A DNA stretch of 64,000 bases, taken from positions 1 through 64,000 of the forward strand of contig JABCTC010000012.1 of assembly GCA_018238545.1 (NCBI GenBank), read 5' to 3'. Position 1 is the first letter of the stretch. Each line of letters opens with the position of its first letter. The translations under genes were made by a program, and so were the position numbers. Shown one piece after another: positions 23,906 through 37,419 of this stretch. The DNA is from Candidatus Heimdallarchaeota archaeon. Its GTDB lineage: Archaea > Asgardarchaeota > Heimdallarchaeia > Heimdallarchaeales > Heimdallarchaeaceae. The notes beneath the pieces were generated by a model, which was not told the DNA's origin, ran no database searches, and saw only the letters and a program-made list of their open reading frames with translations.

Positions 23906-25114
23906 ATGAAATTTAAGGAAACACTCAACAATCCTGGTCGGATTTTAACAGTTCTTGCAGTGATTAGTTGTTTAGTTCTTTTTAGTTTTTTAATTGCGTA
24001 CAGATTAAGACCTCCTGCACCTTCTTGTAGTTCGGGTTCAGATATTTGTAATCAGGAAACAATGGAGCTTTTCAGTTCTCGAGGGATCGGTACAGATGAA
24101 GACCCATATATCATAGAAAATCTATTTTTTACAAAGGATTTTCGAATCACAGTATGCTGTGCTCAATTTGCATTCACCCTACAAAACTGTACTTTTTTGG
24201 ATAGTAATTTATTCTTGCAAAATTTAAATAGAGGTTATGGTTCAGTTTATATACCAAAAAACGTTATGATTTTGAATAATTCATTTAATAATGGAAGTCT
24301 TTGGATTACTTCAAGCACCATTCAAACTGTGGCAAACAATTCATTTCTTGACACTTCATATGGGCTCTACATTCAAATGGCATATGTAGAAAATCTCATT
24401 GATAATGTATTTGAATCAAGTAATCTGTTTATAAAATTTGCAGACAATTGGGACACATATTATATCGTTTTCTCTAATTTTGTGAATAATACTATTGATG
24501 GAGTAGAGATAGGTTTTTTTGATTCTGAGTATAATATTACCATATCTGCACCATATTCTCAATTATTTATTTTTAATTCAACTTTGGTTAGTATTGTAAA
24601 TCAAACAATATCTAATACAATTGTTGGAGTTCACATTGGTTTTTGTTCAAATTTTAGCTTAATTGGTAGTAATTTTTCAACTTGTGAAACTGCAGTAAAG
24701 ATTAGAAACTCTTCAGAGGGAAATATCTTTAACTCAATTATAATTAATTCTGCTCAAAGAGGAATCTTCATTCGTTCATCAGAAAAAGTTCTTATCAATA
24801 ATAATACCTTATCAAATAACAATATAGGAATAGAATATAGTGCTGAGTATCTAACTATAAAATTTAACTTAATAGCTAATAACCAATCTTATGCAATATT
24901 CTCAGATTACTATTCAGATTTTTGTACTATTACTAACAACAATTTTCTTTCCAATGCAATAGGGGAAATCTCTCAAGCTTTTGATGATGGATTAAACAGT
25001 GATTGGGATTATAATTTTTGGAACGATTATATTAGTGGAAACTATCAGATAGAAGGTTCAGGTCCCGTTTATCATTATGATCACAATCCACTTTCTTCAC
25101 CTGTGGATCTATAA
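23906..25114 (+). CDS. Membrane-anchored right-handed beta-helix (NosD/CASH-like) surface protein
   Basis: N-terminal TM, GIGTDEDPYIIEN, many IxNN repeats, C-terminal QAFDDG...NFWNDY...DHNPL. Confidence 0.85.
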   Translation: MKFKETLNNPGRILTVLAVISCLVLFSFLIAYRLRPPAPSCSSGSDICNQETMELFSSRGIGTDEDPYIIENLFFTKDFRITVCCAQFAFTLQNCTFLDSNLFLQNLNRGYGSVYIPKNVMILNNSFNNGSLWITSSTIQTVANNSFLDTSYGLYIQMAYVENLIDNVFESSNLFIKFADNWDTYYIVFSNFVNNTIDGVEIGFFDSEYNITISAPYSQLFIFNSTLVSIVNQTISNTIVGVHIGFCSNFSLIGSNFSTCETAVKIRNSSEGNIFNSIIINSAQRGIFIRSSEKVLINNNTLSNNNIGIEYSAEYLTIKFNLIANNQSYAIFSDYYSDFCTITNNNFLSNAIGEISQAFDDGLNSDWDYNFWNDYISGNYQIEGSGPVYHYDHNPLSSPVDL

Positions 25115-25162
25115 ATGGCTCTACATGGAGAATTTTTTTCAATTTCTTGATAGTAGTTTTAT

Positions 25163-25189
25163 GCAATTTGATATATAAAGTGAAGAAAA
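25163..25189. repeat. 27-bp direct repeat copy 2
   Basis: Identical to 23827-23853; precedes the second beta-helix paralogue. Confidence 0.85.
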
Positions 25190-25271
25190 TAAGGCTATTT
25201 AATTATAAAATCTATTTAATCCTAGACAAGAGCTTTTTCTTTAAATTTCTAGATAAAAATTATAAACGTAT

Positions 25272-26516
25272 ATGACCATTCTTTACTATTTAGTGCTTGG
25301 AATGAGTGAAAAAAAGCCAATATCTGCTTCTAAAAGAATAGCTATTGCTATTGGTATAATTCTGCTAATTCTTGTTATTCTTTATGGAGCGCTTTTAATC
25401 ACTTTTTTAATTAATGAAAAGAATAATTGTTATTGTAGTTTTGCTGACAACAGTTTATGTACTGATAAAGATATCAAAAAATTAAGTTCTTCTGGAGATG
25501 GAACTCTTGAAAATCCGTATGTAATAGATAATTCTACTTTTGATTTTGTCTGCATTGGTGGGTGGTATTCGCGAATTACAGTACATTTCATTATTAAAAA
25601 TTGCACTTTCACTACTGGTTTAGAAATAACTCATGTCAATAACTTTGTAATTTAAAATTGTAGTTTTTTTGGTGAAGATAATTATCCTGATTTGGAATAT
25701 TGTTGGCTAGAATATTGTACTGGTTTTATCATCAAGCAATTCAATTTTCTCAATGTAAAACTATTAATTGGTGGCTCAAGGTTTACTATTGAAGACAACA
25801 AATTTAGTTCTAAAGAGGATTGTATTTTTATAGAAAGTTCAGATGAGTTTGAAATAAGAGATAATATATTTAGTGATGGTTTAGTAGATTTATGGCATTG
25901 TACTGACGTTGTTGTAGAAAATAATCTGTTTGAATCAACTGTCTTTCTTGGTTCACAAAAAGGTCTTGGCTTATATACTGTAAAATCTCTTACACTTAAA
26001 CACAATTCATTCAAGGTTGGGGGAATAAATTTGATCCTAGACCCTTCTCGGGATATTTATCATTTTAGACTCTTTGATGAATTTATAAATAACACAATAG
26101 ATACTCAGACTATCCTTCTTATCTATAATGAGTCAAATAAGACAGTAACAGAGAATTTTGGACAATTGATTTTGCTCAATTGTACAAATATTTTAATTTC
26201 AAACCATTCACTAGCAGAGGTGAACGCAGGAATTATAATAAGTGATTCTTCAAATTGCACAATTGTAAAAAATAATTTCTCAAATTGCTTTAATGCTTTG
26301 AATATCTACTATTCAACAAATTGTTTCATTTATAACAACTCTATTATAAATAGTTATGAAATTGGAATGTTCCTTATCTCTTCTGATTACAATATTGTTA
26401 AGTTCAATCAAATACAAAATGGTACTTCTTTTGGTCTATATCTATGGAGGTCCTCAAATAACCAGATAAATGGTCAGCAGATAGTTTTACACATAAAGAG
26501 GATCTTGATAATATAG
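25272..26516 (+). pseudogene. Second beta-helix (NosD-like) paralogue with an in-frame stop and 3' truncation
   Basis: GDGTLENPYVID and IxNN repeats; ORFs 25272-25655 and 25692-26516 share a frame, separated by TAA 25653-25655; lacks the C-terminal NxW motif of its neighbour. Confidence 0.8.
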
Positions 26517-26972
26517 TCTATATTCAGAAAGTCAAAGAACTAGAAAATGGAATTAATGTAACTAATGTCAGAAATTTCGATTCAAGTAAAGATTTGGATA
26601 AATGGCTATCAATTGTTAAAAAACTTGATAATCGAACTGATGAGCAATTAGAACGAATCAAAGGTGAAATTAAAGATGAAAATGTCATTGCTCATCTAGT
26701 TATCGAAGATAATGATGAAATTGTTGGGACAGTATTAGTTTTCAGAAATCCTATCAAGAAGGAATCTGCTAATCTTGCCGCCCCCCTATGCTACGGAAGA
26801 GAAATATTTCAATCAGTTACTTGCTAAAGCTTCTACCATAGCTTTGGAAAATGGTGTAGAGGAATTTATAATTTGGCTCTTTGGTGAAAGGTTATCTTTG
26901 AAGGATTATGTTGAAGCTGCTTCCTTTAAATTTGGTAAACCTGCATTCTCTCGTTATGAGCTAGATCTCTAA
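26471..26972 (+). pseudogene. Remnant of a GNAT-fold protein (C-terminal part, frameshifted)
   Basis: Start-less frame from about 26462 (VRNFDSSKDL...HLVIEDNDEIVG), shift in the C6 run 26781-26786, continuing YATEEKYFNQLL...RYELDL. Confidence 0.5.
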
Positions 26973-27270
26973 TACTACTATCATACTAGCATCGCTTGAA
27001 AGCACTTCATTTGATTAAAACCAAGGGATATATGGGAGGGAGTTTAAGATTATTTTTCCTTAAATTTTCAACCATTTTTTCAGTGTGTATTCCTTCACAC
27101 AAGCACCATAATAAGTGTAACAATGTAGGGTTATTCGAGACACTAAGTAGTTAGTGGCTAGAAAGAACTTCATTTAATATCTTAGAGTAGATTGGACGTA
27201 AGTTCAATCGCCCTAAACACCAAGTGTCACTTTTTAGAACTTTTTGACTCTAAAAATCTGTGAAGAAAGC

Positions 27271-28887
27271 TTACTCCTCTTCTCCTTCTTCTTTCACTTC
27301 TTCGCTTTCCTCATCCTTATCTTCGTCTCCCTTTCCCTTATCTTTGTCGATTAACTTCTGATAATCCTTTATTTTTCCTTCTTCACTAGTCTCCTCTAAA
27401 ACAAGTACATATTCTATACATCCTCTTGCTCTCTCTCTACGTTGGATCATATCGTCTATATTAGTGGTAATGTCAAGGTGGATGACAACATCAGCTGCCT
27501 CTAAATTTAGTCCTCTCCCCCCTAAAGGAGTAAAAATTAAAACATTAACATTACCTTCGTCAAAATTCTTCAGAACAATTCTTCTAGTGTCTTCAGTTGT
27601 TTTGCCTGACAAATACTTAACTTCAGGAAAACCGAGATTATTGAGGAGCCTATTAAGATAACTTCCTAATGCTAGATAACGAGTGAAAAGTAGAACTTGT
27701 GCTCCTCTGAATAAATGCTCATGAATGATGTCTATCGCCGTATAGACTTTTGGTTGTACCAGAGCTCGTGTTACTTTCTCTTCAGGATTTTCGTATTTAG
27801 GCAAATCAACTCTGTAAGTTATGAGTTCCTTACTTGGTTCATGAATACTTCTAAAAATCTCCTTGTTTTCTTCCAATTCTATATATTTCAGGAATTCTCC
27901 TGGTGTAGATTCTAACAATAATAATCTAGCGTGACTTAGTTTGAATAATCTTCTAAAAGCAAGTATTAGTTTAGTCTTAGCTTCTTCATCCTTTACTTGA
28001 TATTTATTTAATCTTGCTGGGAAATTCTTTAACCTTTCAAGACGTTCCAAAACTCCACTATATGAAAGTTTGATGATTTCTAAACGTGATAGGTTTGCAT
28101 CCAGATGTTTTTGAATAATCTCTATTGGTTTGGTTAACTGTATTGATATTTGCTTATCTATTTTTATATAATCTTCCCTTCTGATCTTATGAATTTTAGT
28201 GACAGTTTCATAGGGTGATAGATCAAGCCTCTGCATCAAAGCTGTATTCTTCCCCAATAATTTGAGAACGGCTTTAGCACGTTGCCCGTCTCTTGTTCCG
28301 GTCATCGCCAATATGGGAAAAGCAAACCCCTTTTCTCTGAATTTAAATAATCCGTCAAAATACTTACTTAGACGAAATCCTGCCATATCTCTTGCCAAAA
28401 CATCAGTTGCTTCATCTATAACACACATAGTAATATTTTCCAAGATATTGACTCTTAGTTTAGTTTTCATCTCATAATAGTCATTCATTAATGATGTAAT
28501 TGGCGCAAAAATAGCTGTTGAAGCTTCATACATCTTACTTTTTTGTCTTAAGCTGATACCTTTACCGCTGGGATCATAGAAATAGCCTAGCTTATCAATA
28601 AACCCAAACTTCTTCCCCATCTCTAGTGCTTGACGGCATCTGAGTCCTGCTGCCTCTCTTGCAGAAGTGAATAGAAACTTTGCATTAGGGTTATTTTGTC
28701 TGATTGCAAGAAATGATAGCAATGCAATGATTGTCTTTCCTGTACCATAGGGGTAATTTAGAAGAATAGAACCTTCAGAGAGTTTCTCCAGAATCTCGCT
28801 GACAGCACTTAACTGGTAATCTCTGTGTTCAATTGTTAATCCTTCCAAACTTTCTACAAAATCTGTTGGTAACTCCATTTCAGCCAA
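27271..28887 (-). CDS. Divergent superfamily-2 helicase (Hef/ERCC4-helicase-like, no nuclease domain)
   Basis: Q motif RDYQ, PYGTGKT, IDEA, MTGT, PK..LLFT, GGRGLNL, IQRRER; acidic tail. Confidence 0.8.
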   Translation of the reverse strand: MAEMELPTDFVESLEGLTIEHRDYQLSAVSEILEKLSEGSILLNYPYGTGKTIIALLSFLAIRQNNPNAKFLFTSAREAAGLRCRQALEMGKKFGFIDKLGYFYDPSGKGISLRQKSKMYEASTAIFAPITSLMNDYYEMKTKLRVNILENITMCVIDEATDVLARDMAGFRLSKYFDGLFKFREKGFAFPILAMTGTRDGQRAKAVLKLLGKNTALMQRLDLSPYETVTKIHKIRREDYIKIDKQISIQLTKPIEIIQKHLDANLSRLEIIKLSYSGVLERLERLKNFPARLNKYQVKDEEAKTKLILAFRRLFKLSHARLLLLESTPGEFLKYIELEENKEIFRSIHEPSKELITYRVDLPKYENPEEKVTRALVQPKVYTAIDIIHEHLFRGAQVLLFTRYLALGSYLNRLLNNLGFPEVKYLSGKTTEDTRRIVLKNFDEGNVNVLIFTPLGGRGLNLEAADVVIHLDITTNIDDMIQRRERARGCIEYVLVLEETSEEGKIKDYQKLIDKDKGKGDEDKDEESEEVKEEGEEE

Positions 28888-29003
28888 TCAACCCTTTCTT
28901 ATATCTCCAAACAAGTTCATATTTTTAAACATTGTACTTCTTTCGGATTTCGCTATTAACAATTAACAGAATGAGTATTACACATCATAAAATCTAATAG
29001 AGT

Positions 29004-29672
29004 TTAAACTTCGTAACACAACCCAAAATCGTAAAATATTTCTCTTAAAAGCAGGAGATCTAATCCATACTCTAGAGAAAGTTCGATTACTTTGAAGCCT
29101 TCTAATCGTTTCCTTATAAGATCAGCTATATTTTCAATAGTTTTTGTCTTGTATCTAACAGCTGTTACATTGACTCCAGAATTCCTGATATGTTTGTTAA
29201 GTTGTTTTGGTGTGATACCAAGAAAGATTGAGATTGATTCATTGTCATAACCCTTGTTCTTCATTTGAATATATCTGGCAATAAGAATGGTGTCTCTGTC
29301 CTTTTTCTTTAACAATAAACCCTTTTCTTCTAGCACTTTGCGAACAGTATAATCGGTTAGCTCTAAAGCCTCAGCAATTTCCTTTTTATCTTTACCTTTA
29401 TTGAAAAGTTCAACGACTTCTTCATGTTTAAGCTTGTGATAATCAGCTATAGTTCTTGTTTCAATTTGGTTTTTCTTTAAAACCTTGGAGACTGTGTGCC
29501 TGTTTAACTCTAATTCTTCAGCAATCTGATAAGTTGATTTTCCTCCGTCATATAATTCTACAATCGAAATATCCCTTACTGACATTTCATGGTTTACAGA
29601 GAATCCTGAACCTACATCTTCTGAAGAATTATACATTTCAGTTTGTTCATCTCTGTTAGTCATCAGTATCAC
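29004..29672 (-). CDS. Tandem helix-turn-helix repeat DNA-binding protein
   Basis: Four HTH-like units, e.g. ELYDGGKSTYQIAEELELNRHTVSKVL and ELFNKGKDKKEIAEALELTDYTVRKVL. Confidence 0.8.
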   Translation of the reverse strand: MILMTNRDEQTEMYNSSEDVGSGFSVNHEMSVRDISIVELYDGGKSTYQIAEELELNRHTVSKVLKKNQIETRTIADYHKLKHEEVVELFNKGKDKKEIAEALELTDYTVRKVLEEKGLLLKKKDRDTILIARYIQMKNKGYDNESISIFLGITPKQLNKHIRNSGVNVTAVRYKTKTIENIADLIRKRLEGFKVIELSLEYGLDLLLLREIFYDFGLCYEV

Positions 29673-29858
29673 TTTTGCTGCTCGTTTCCACTATGAATAA
29701 ATTCCTTCTTAAAAGAAAATTGTCATCATCTTTAAAATATCTTTCTAATCAATTTCGATTATTGGAATAGATTTTCAAGAAGAATGGAGCTTCCTTTCTT
29801 CTAATTATGGTTATGTTTTAAGTTCTTATAAGTTTGGAGCAAACTATTTAAACAATAA

Positions 29859-31331
29859 TTGATTGAGTATTTTATGTCATTTAAAAGCAAATTTAGAGAC
29901 GCACAAGACGGTAAACGTTTTTCGTATCTATTCACAGCGATTATCGGCTTGGGTTTTTTCACAACAGCTATAACATGGGTGATATATAATGTATATATCC
30001 CAACTTACCTTAAGAGCTACTTAAGAGAAGTGTGGGGAACAGTACCTCTTGAAACCTTTATCATTGGTTCAATAATGGTTCTAGATAATGTAATAGCGGT
30101 ACTAATCCAACCTTGGATTGGAAATATCAGCGATAAAACTTGGAAAAGATATGGTCCTAACAAAAAAGGTCGTAGAATGCCTTTCATAATAATAGGAGTG
30201 CCATTAGCAGCTGTATTCTTCGTTTTAGTAGGTATATTTGGCTATGATTTATTTTCAGCTAGCTCAGATTCCTTTTTCTTAGGTTTTATACTTCTTCTCC
30301 TTGTTATAGGAGGTTTTAATATCAGCATGGCTCTCTACAGATCTCCTGTAGTTTCTTTAATGCCAGATATAATACCAAAAGAGTTTCGAAGTCGAGGAAA
30401 TGGTTTTATTAACCTACTTGGAGGTATTGGTGCTTTAGTAGGCTTGTTTGCATTTCCGATGATAGAAAAGATTAACACATTTTGGGCATACATTTTTGTC
30501 TCAGCTATCTTGATTATTTGTCTTATAATTTTATACTTCACTATTAAAGAACCTGAAGTACTGAAAGACGTTGAGAAGAAAGAGAAAGTAAAAGTTATTC
30601 CAACACTTAGAGAAATTTTCAAGCGAGAAGATAAGAGTCTAGTATTTATTCTATTCGCAATTTTCGCTTGGTTCTTTGGATACAATGTAGTTGAAACATT
30701 CTTCTCTAATTATGGAGAAGATGTTCTTCTGATGGCTAAAGGTGATATCAGTATGATATTTGGTGTAATGGCCTTAACCTTTATTATTTTTGCTTTTCCA
30801 GCAGGATTGATTGCCAAGAAGATAGGTAGAAAACAATGTATCTTAGCAGGTCTTGGAATATTTGTAGTGTTTCTAGGCATTGCAACCGTTTTCTCTTTAG
30901 CTAATTTTCCAGCTTTGGCTGTTAGAACAATCTTTATTGGTATGGACATACCCTACTTGGCACTTTTGTATGCGGGTTGCTTCTTCTTTATGGGTATTGG
31001 CTGGGCACTCATTAATATCAATAGCATCGTAATTGTATGGGAATTATCCGGAAAAGATAAAATTGGTATGGGAACAGGGATTTATTACTTCTTCTCAGCA
31101 GCTGCAGCTATTACCGGACCAGTAATTATTGGTGGAATATTAGATCTAATAAACTTTGGATTGGATCTTGGAGAAGGTGAGCAATACAAATATCTTTTCC
31201 TTTTTGCTGTAATTTTCTTCTTAATCGCAGGGATTTTAACATTCTTTGTTAAGGAAACTGGTGTTGAAGGAGAATCAGGAGATCTTCCACCCGAAGGAAA
31301 ACCTGAAAAAATTGAACCCATAGCAGAGTAA
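29859..31331 (+). CDS. MFS sugar transporter (maltose/SLC45-like)
   Basis: DN...IQPWIGNISD, GRRMPFI, RSPVVSLMPD, KKIGRK; about 12 TM. Confidence 0.88.
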   Translation: MIEYFMSFKSKFRDAQDGKRFSYLFTAIIGLGFFTTAITWVIYNVYIPTYLKSYLREVWGTVPLETFIIGSIMVLDNVIAVLIQPWIGNISDKTWKRYGPNKKGRRMPFIIIGVPLAAVFFVLVGIFGYDLFSASSDSFFLGFILLLLVIGGFNISMALYRSPVVSLMPDIIPKEFRSRGNGFINLLGGIGALVGLFAFPMIEKINTFWAYIFVSAILIICLIILYFTIKEPEVLKDVEKKEKVKVIPTLREIFKREDKSLVFILFAIFAWFFGYNVVETFFSNYGEDVLLMAKGDISMIFGVMALTFIIFAFPAGLIAKKIGRKQCILAGLGIFVVFLGIATVFSLANFPALAVRTIFIGMDIPYLALLYAGCFFFMGIGWALININSIVIVWELSGKDKIGMGTGIYYFFSAAAAITGPVIIGGILDLINFGLDLGEGEQYKYLFLFAVIFFLIAGILTFFVKETGVEGESGDLPPEGKPEKIEPIAE

Positions 31332-31430
31332 GTTCACTCCTCTTTTTTCCCTTTTTCCCTTTTTCTCTTTTTCTGCTTCTACAACATCTTTAAATTGTTG
31401 GTTATACATTTTACAACATAGATACGATTA

Positions 31431-34424
31431 TTGGTGAGTTTCTTGACAACCTTTACAGATGATGAGAGCTTCTTCATGGAATATAAACCTAAATTCAAGG
31501 TTTTTCATGAATTAATGGCTGTAAGAATGAGTAATGTTTTACTCGTTTCCAGTATTTACGATAGTTTTATGCTTGAAGAGGATGGTCGCCTCTCTGATCA
31601 AATTTATGAGGAATTTCACAATCTTAACCTACGTACTTTACCTAGGATAACAAGAGTTTCCTCTGCAAAAGAAGCTTTAGCCCTCTTACATGAAAGGTCT
31701 TTTGATTTGGTTATAACTATGCGAAGACTTGGTGATATGGATGTGTTTTCTTTTGGAAGAAGTGTAAAGGAAATCAAAGATATACCTGTAGTTTTGCTCT
31801 TAAATAGCGTTGTTGAAATTAAATATATCCCGGAAATTTCCAAACGTGAAGGGATTGATCGCACTTTTGTTTGGAATGGTGATTCTAAAATATTTGTTGC
31901 AATTATTAAACATCTTGAAGATAAGATAAATGCTGAATACGATACGAAAGCTGGCAAAGTTAAAGTTTTCATATTTGTCGAAGATTCAATTCGTTCCTAT
32001 TCCTTACTTCTACCTGAAATGTATGGTGAAATTATGCGTCAAACGCATCATCTGATTACAGAGGGTACCAACGACTTTCAAGATTTACTAAAAATGAGAA
32101 TCAGACCCAAGATTCTTCTTGCTGAGACTTATGAGGAGGCAATGAAACTCTACATGAAGTATAAACGTAGCACATTAGGTATCGTTAGTGATATTGAATT
32201 CCCACGCAATAATATTTTAGACAAAACTGCTGGTTTTTCATTTGCTAAGAAGGTTAAAGAAGATTATCCTAACATGCCAATGATTTTACAATCATCGAAG
32301 GAAAAACATCGAGAAAGGGCAAATAAAAAAGGCATTTTCTTTCTATATAAGAGGTCACATACCATGCTTTCGGATTTGCGAAAATGGTTGCTTGATAGGG
32401 TAGGTTTCGGTGACTTCGTTTTTCGAGATGCCAGCGGTAATGAGATAGGAAGAGCAAGTGATATAATCAACTTTTACAAAGAAATTGAGCAAGTCCCATT
32501 TGAATCTCTTGCTTATCATGGTCAGAGTGATTATTTCTCAAATTGGTTGAGTGCGAGAGGAGAATTTGAGATAGCTGAGAAATTACGTCCACGAAAGGTT
32601 TCTGAATTCGAAGGAGAAGAACTTAGGGAGTTCTTGCTTTCTACTATAAAAGAAGTAGTGATTGAGAAAACAAGAGGGATTGTTAATGATTTCAATAGAG
32701 AAAATTACCATTCAGAAATTTTATTTTTAAGACTACGTCCTGGCTCCCTTGGTGGTAAAGGAAGAGGTTTAGCTTTTCTTATGTTCCTGATTAATTCTCT
32801 GTTGTTCCAAAAAGAATTTAAAAATATTTCAATTGAAATCCCTCAGACTATTGTAATTGGAACTGACGAATACGACCGTTTTATGGAAGATAACAATCTT
32901 CTCAATTTTGCATTGTCTGGTGTATCAGATCAGCAGATAAAAGAGAAATTCGCAAAATCAAAACTCTCTAAGAGTATTAAATCTGACCTGAAATTTCTTT
33001 TGAAGGATATCGATGGACCTATTGCAGTAAGGTCTTCAAGCTTATTGGAAGATTCTGCTTTCCAACCCTTTGCAGGAATCTTCAATACATATATGATTCC
33101 TAATAATTCTAGTAGTGAAAATGAAAGATTGAATCAATTATGTACTGCTATCAAATTAGTATATGCTTCTCAGTTTTTATCTCTAGCTATGTCTTATGCA
33201 GAGACAATTAATCAGACAATTGAAGAATCAAAAATGGCTGTCGTTATCCAGCAAGTAGTAGGAAAAGAGCACAACAACCGGTTATATCCCGATTTTTCAG
33301 GTACTGCTTCTTCCTATAATTATTACCCATTTGGTGAATATATGCGACCTGAAGACAGAATAGCTCATGTCGCATTGGGTCTTGGAAAAACAATTGTTGA
33401 TGGTGAATCTGCCTTAAGATTCTGCCCTAAATATCCTGAGATGAATTTTTATTCAACTCCAGAAATTCTCCTTAAACAGAGTCAAAGATATTACTATGCA
33501 GTAGACTTGATAAGAGAAAAATTTGATATTCTAGACGATGCTCCTTATCTTGTTAGACTTAATCTATCTGATGCAATAGATGATGGAACCCTAATCAAAA
33601 TCGCAGATACCTATGATTTCAATTCAGAGACGTTGAATTCAGGCTTTTTCGGGGAAGGTTCTCCCGTAATCACTTTCAATAATCAACTAAAATTTGAGAC
33701 ATTTCCTTTAGCCAAGCTTATTACTCGATTGTTGTCAGTAGGTGAGAAAGCATTTGGTAGTTCCATAGAAATTGAATATGCCTGCGATTTTGGCGAAAAA
33801 AAAGGTGATAGTGACACATTTTATATTTTACAAATAAGACCATTTTTACATCAAGAACTAATATCAAAAGAGGATTTTGAATCGGTGGAGTTGAAAAAGG
33901 TACTCGCATATTCCACTCATGTCTCTGGGAACCTAATAGTGAAAGACATAAAAGACATTATCTATGTTAAACCTGAAACTTTTGACAAAACAGCTACGCT
34001 TGAGATTGTTGAGGAAATTGACAAGTTAAATGCCAAAATGTTAGAAGAAAAACGTCCATATCTATTAATGGGATTTGGTCGTTGGGGAACTGCTGATCGT
34101 TTTCTAGGGATTCCTGCGAAATGGAATAATATCAGTGGAGCAAAAACTATCATTGAAGCTACAACAGATGATTTCACAGTAGATTTTTCTCAAGGAAGTC
34201 ACTTCTTCCATAATCTTGTTACAGCAAATATAGGCTATTTACACATCAAACACAATTCAGAACAGCACAAGATTGATTGGGATTGGTTAGCTAGTAAAAA
34301 GAGCGTTAACGATTTAGAATATGTTCGTCACGTCAGAACTAAAAAACCATTGACGATTGCCATCGATGCCCAAAGGGGAGAAGGAATGATAATTAAACCT
34401 AATAAACAAAATAAAAAAAGATAA
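31431..34424 (+). CDS. Receiver-like + PEP/pyruvate-binding (PPDK_N ATP-grasp) domain protein
   Basis: N-terminal receiver-like folds (VLLVSSIYD, FVEDS, VSDIEFP), GSLGGKGRGL, AVRSSSLLED, PFAG, GLGKTIVDG, EIEY, ILQIRP, SQGSHFFHN. Confidence 0.85.
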   Translation: MVSFLTTFTDDESFFMEYKPKFKVFHELMAVRMSNVLLVSSIYDSFMLEEDGRLSDQIYEEFHNLNLRTLPRITRVSSAKEALALLHERSFDLVITMRRLGDMDVFSFGRSVKEIKDIPVVLLLNSVVEIKYIPEISKREGIDRTFVWNGDSKIFVAIIKHLEDKINAEYDTKAGKVKVFIFVEDSIRSYSLLLPEMYGEIMRQTHHLITEGTNDFQDLLKMRIRPKILLAETYEEAMKLYMKYKRSTLGIVSDIEFPRNNILDKTAGFSFAKKVKEDYPNMPMILQSSKEKHRERANKKGIFFLYKRSHTMLSDLRKWLLDRVGFGDFVFRDASGNEIGRASDIINFYKEIEQVPFESLAYHGQSDYFSNWLSARGEFEIAEKLRPRKVSEFEGEELREFLLSTIKEVVIEKTRGIVNDFNRENYHSEILFLRLRPGSLGGKGRGLAFLMFLINSLLFQKEFKNISIEIPQTIVIGTDEYDRFMEDNNLLNFALSGVSDQQIKEKFAKSKLSKSIKSDLKFLLKDIDGPIAVRSSSLLEDSAFQPFAGIFNTYMIPNNSSSENERLNQLCTAIKLVYASQFLSLAMSYAETINQTIEESKMAVVIQQVVGKEHNNRLYPDFSGTASSYNYYPFGEYMRPEDRIAHVALGLGKTIVDGESALRFCPKYPEMNFYSTPEILLKQSQRYYYAVDLIREKFDILDDAPYLVRLNLSDAIDDGTLIKIADTYDFNSETLNSGFFGEGSPVITFNNQLKFETFPLAKLITRLLSVGEKAFGSSIEIEYACDFGEKKGDSDTFYILQIRPFLHQELISKEDFESVELKKVLAYSTHVSGNLIVKDIKDIIYVKPETFDKTATLEIVEEIDKLNAKMLEEKRPYLLMGFGRWGTADRFLGIPAKWNNISGAKTIIEATTDDFTVDFSQGSHFFHNLVTANIGYLHIKHNSEQHKIDWDWLASKKSVNDLEYVRHVRTKKPLTIAIDAQRGEGMIIKPNKQNKKR

Positions 34425-34428
34425 GAAT

Positions 34429-34447
34429 TTTCGACATAAAGTCGAAA
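34429..34447. terminator. Hairpin between convergent genes (possible bidirectional terminator)
   Basis: TTTCGAC-ATAAA-GTCGAAA perfect 7-bp stem with A/T-rich flanks in the 30-bp gap. Confidence 0.45.
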
Positions 34448-34454
34448 TAATTTT

Positions 34455-37358
<2,904 letters not shown>

Positions 37359-37419
37359 TGTTTTCAAGTGCAAAAAAAAGAAATAGAAAATCTCCTCTCC
37401 TCTAGTTTATTAATTTTGT

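Noticed and set aside
25653-25655. In-frame stop as possible recoding (Sec/Pyl)
   Set aside because: The codon is TAA and the gene is also truncated downstream; a nonsense mutation is simpler.
31431-34424. Annotation as PEP synthase (ppsA)
   Set aside because: Lacks the C-terminal PEP-binding barrel and the canonical TSHAAI phospho-His motif.
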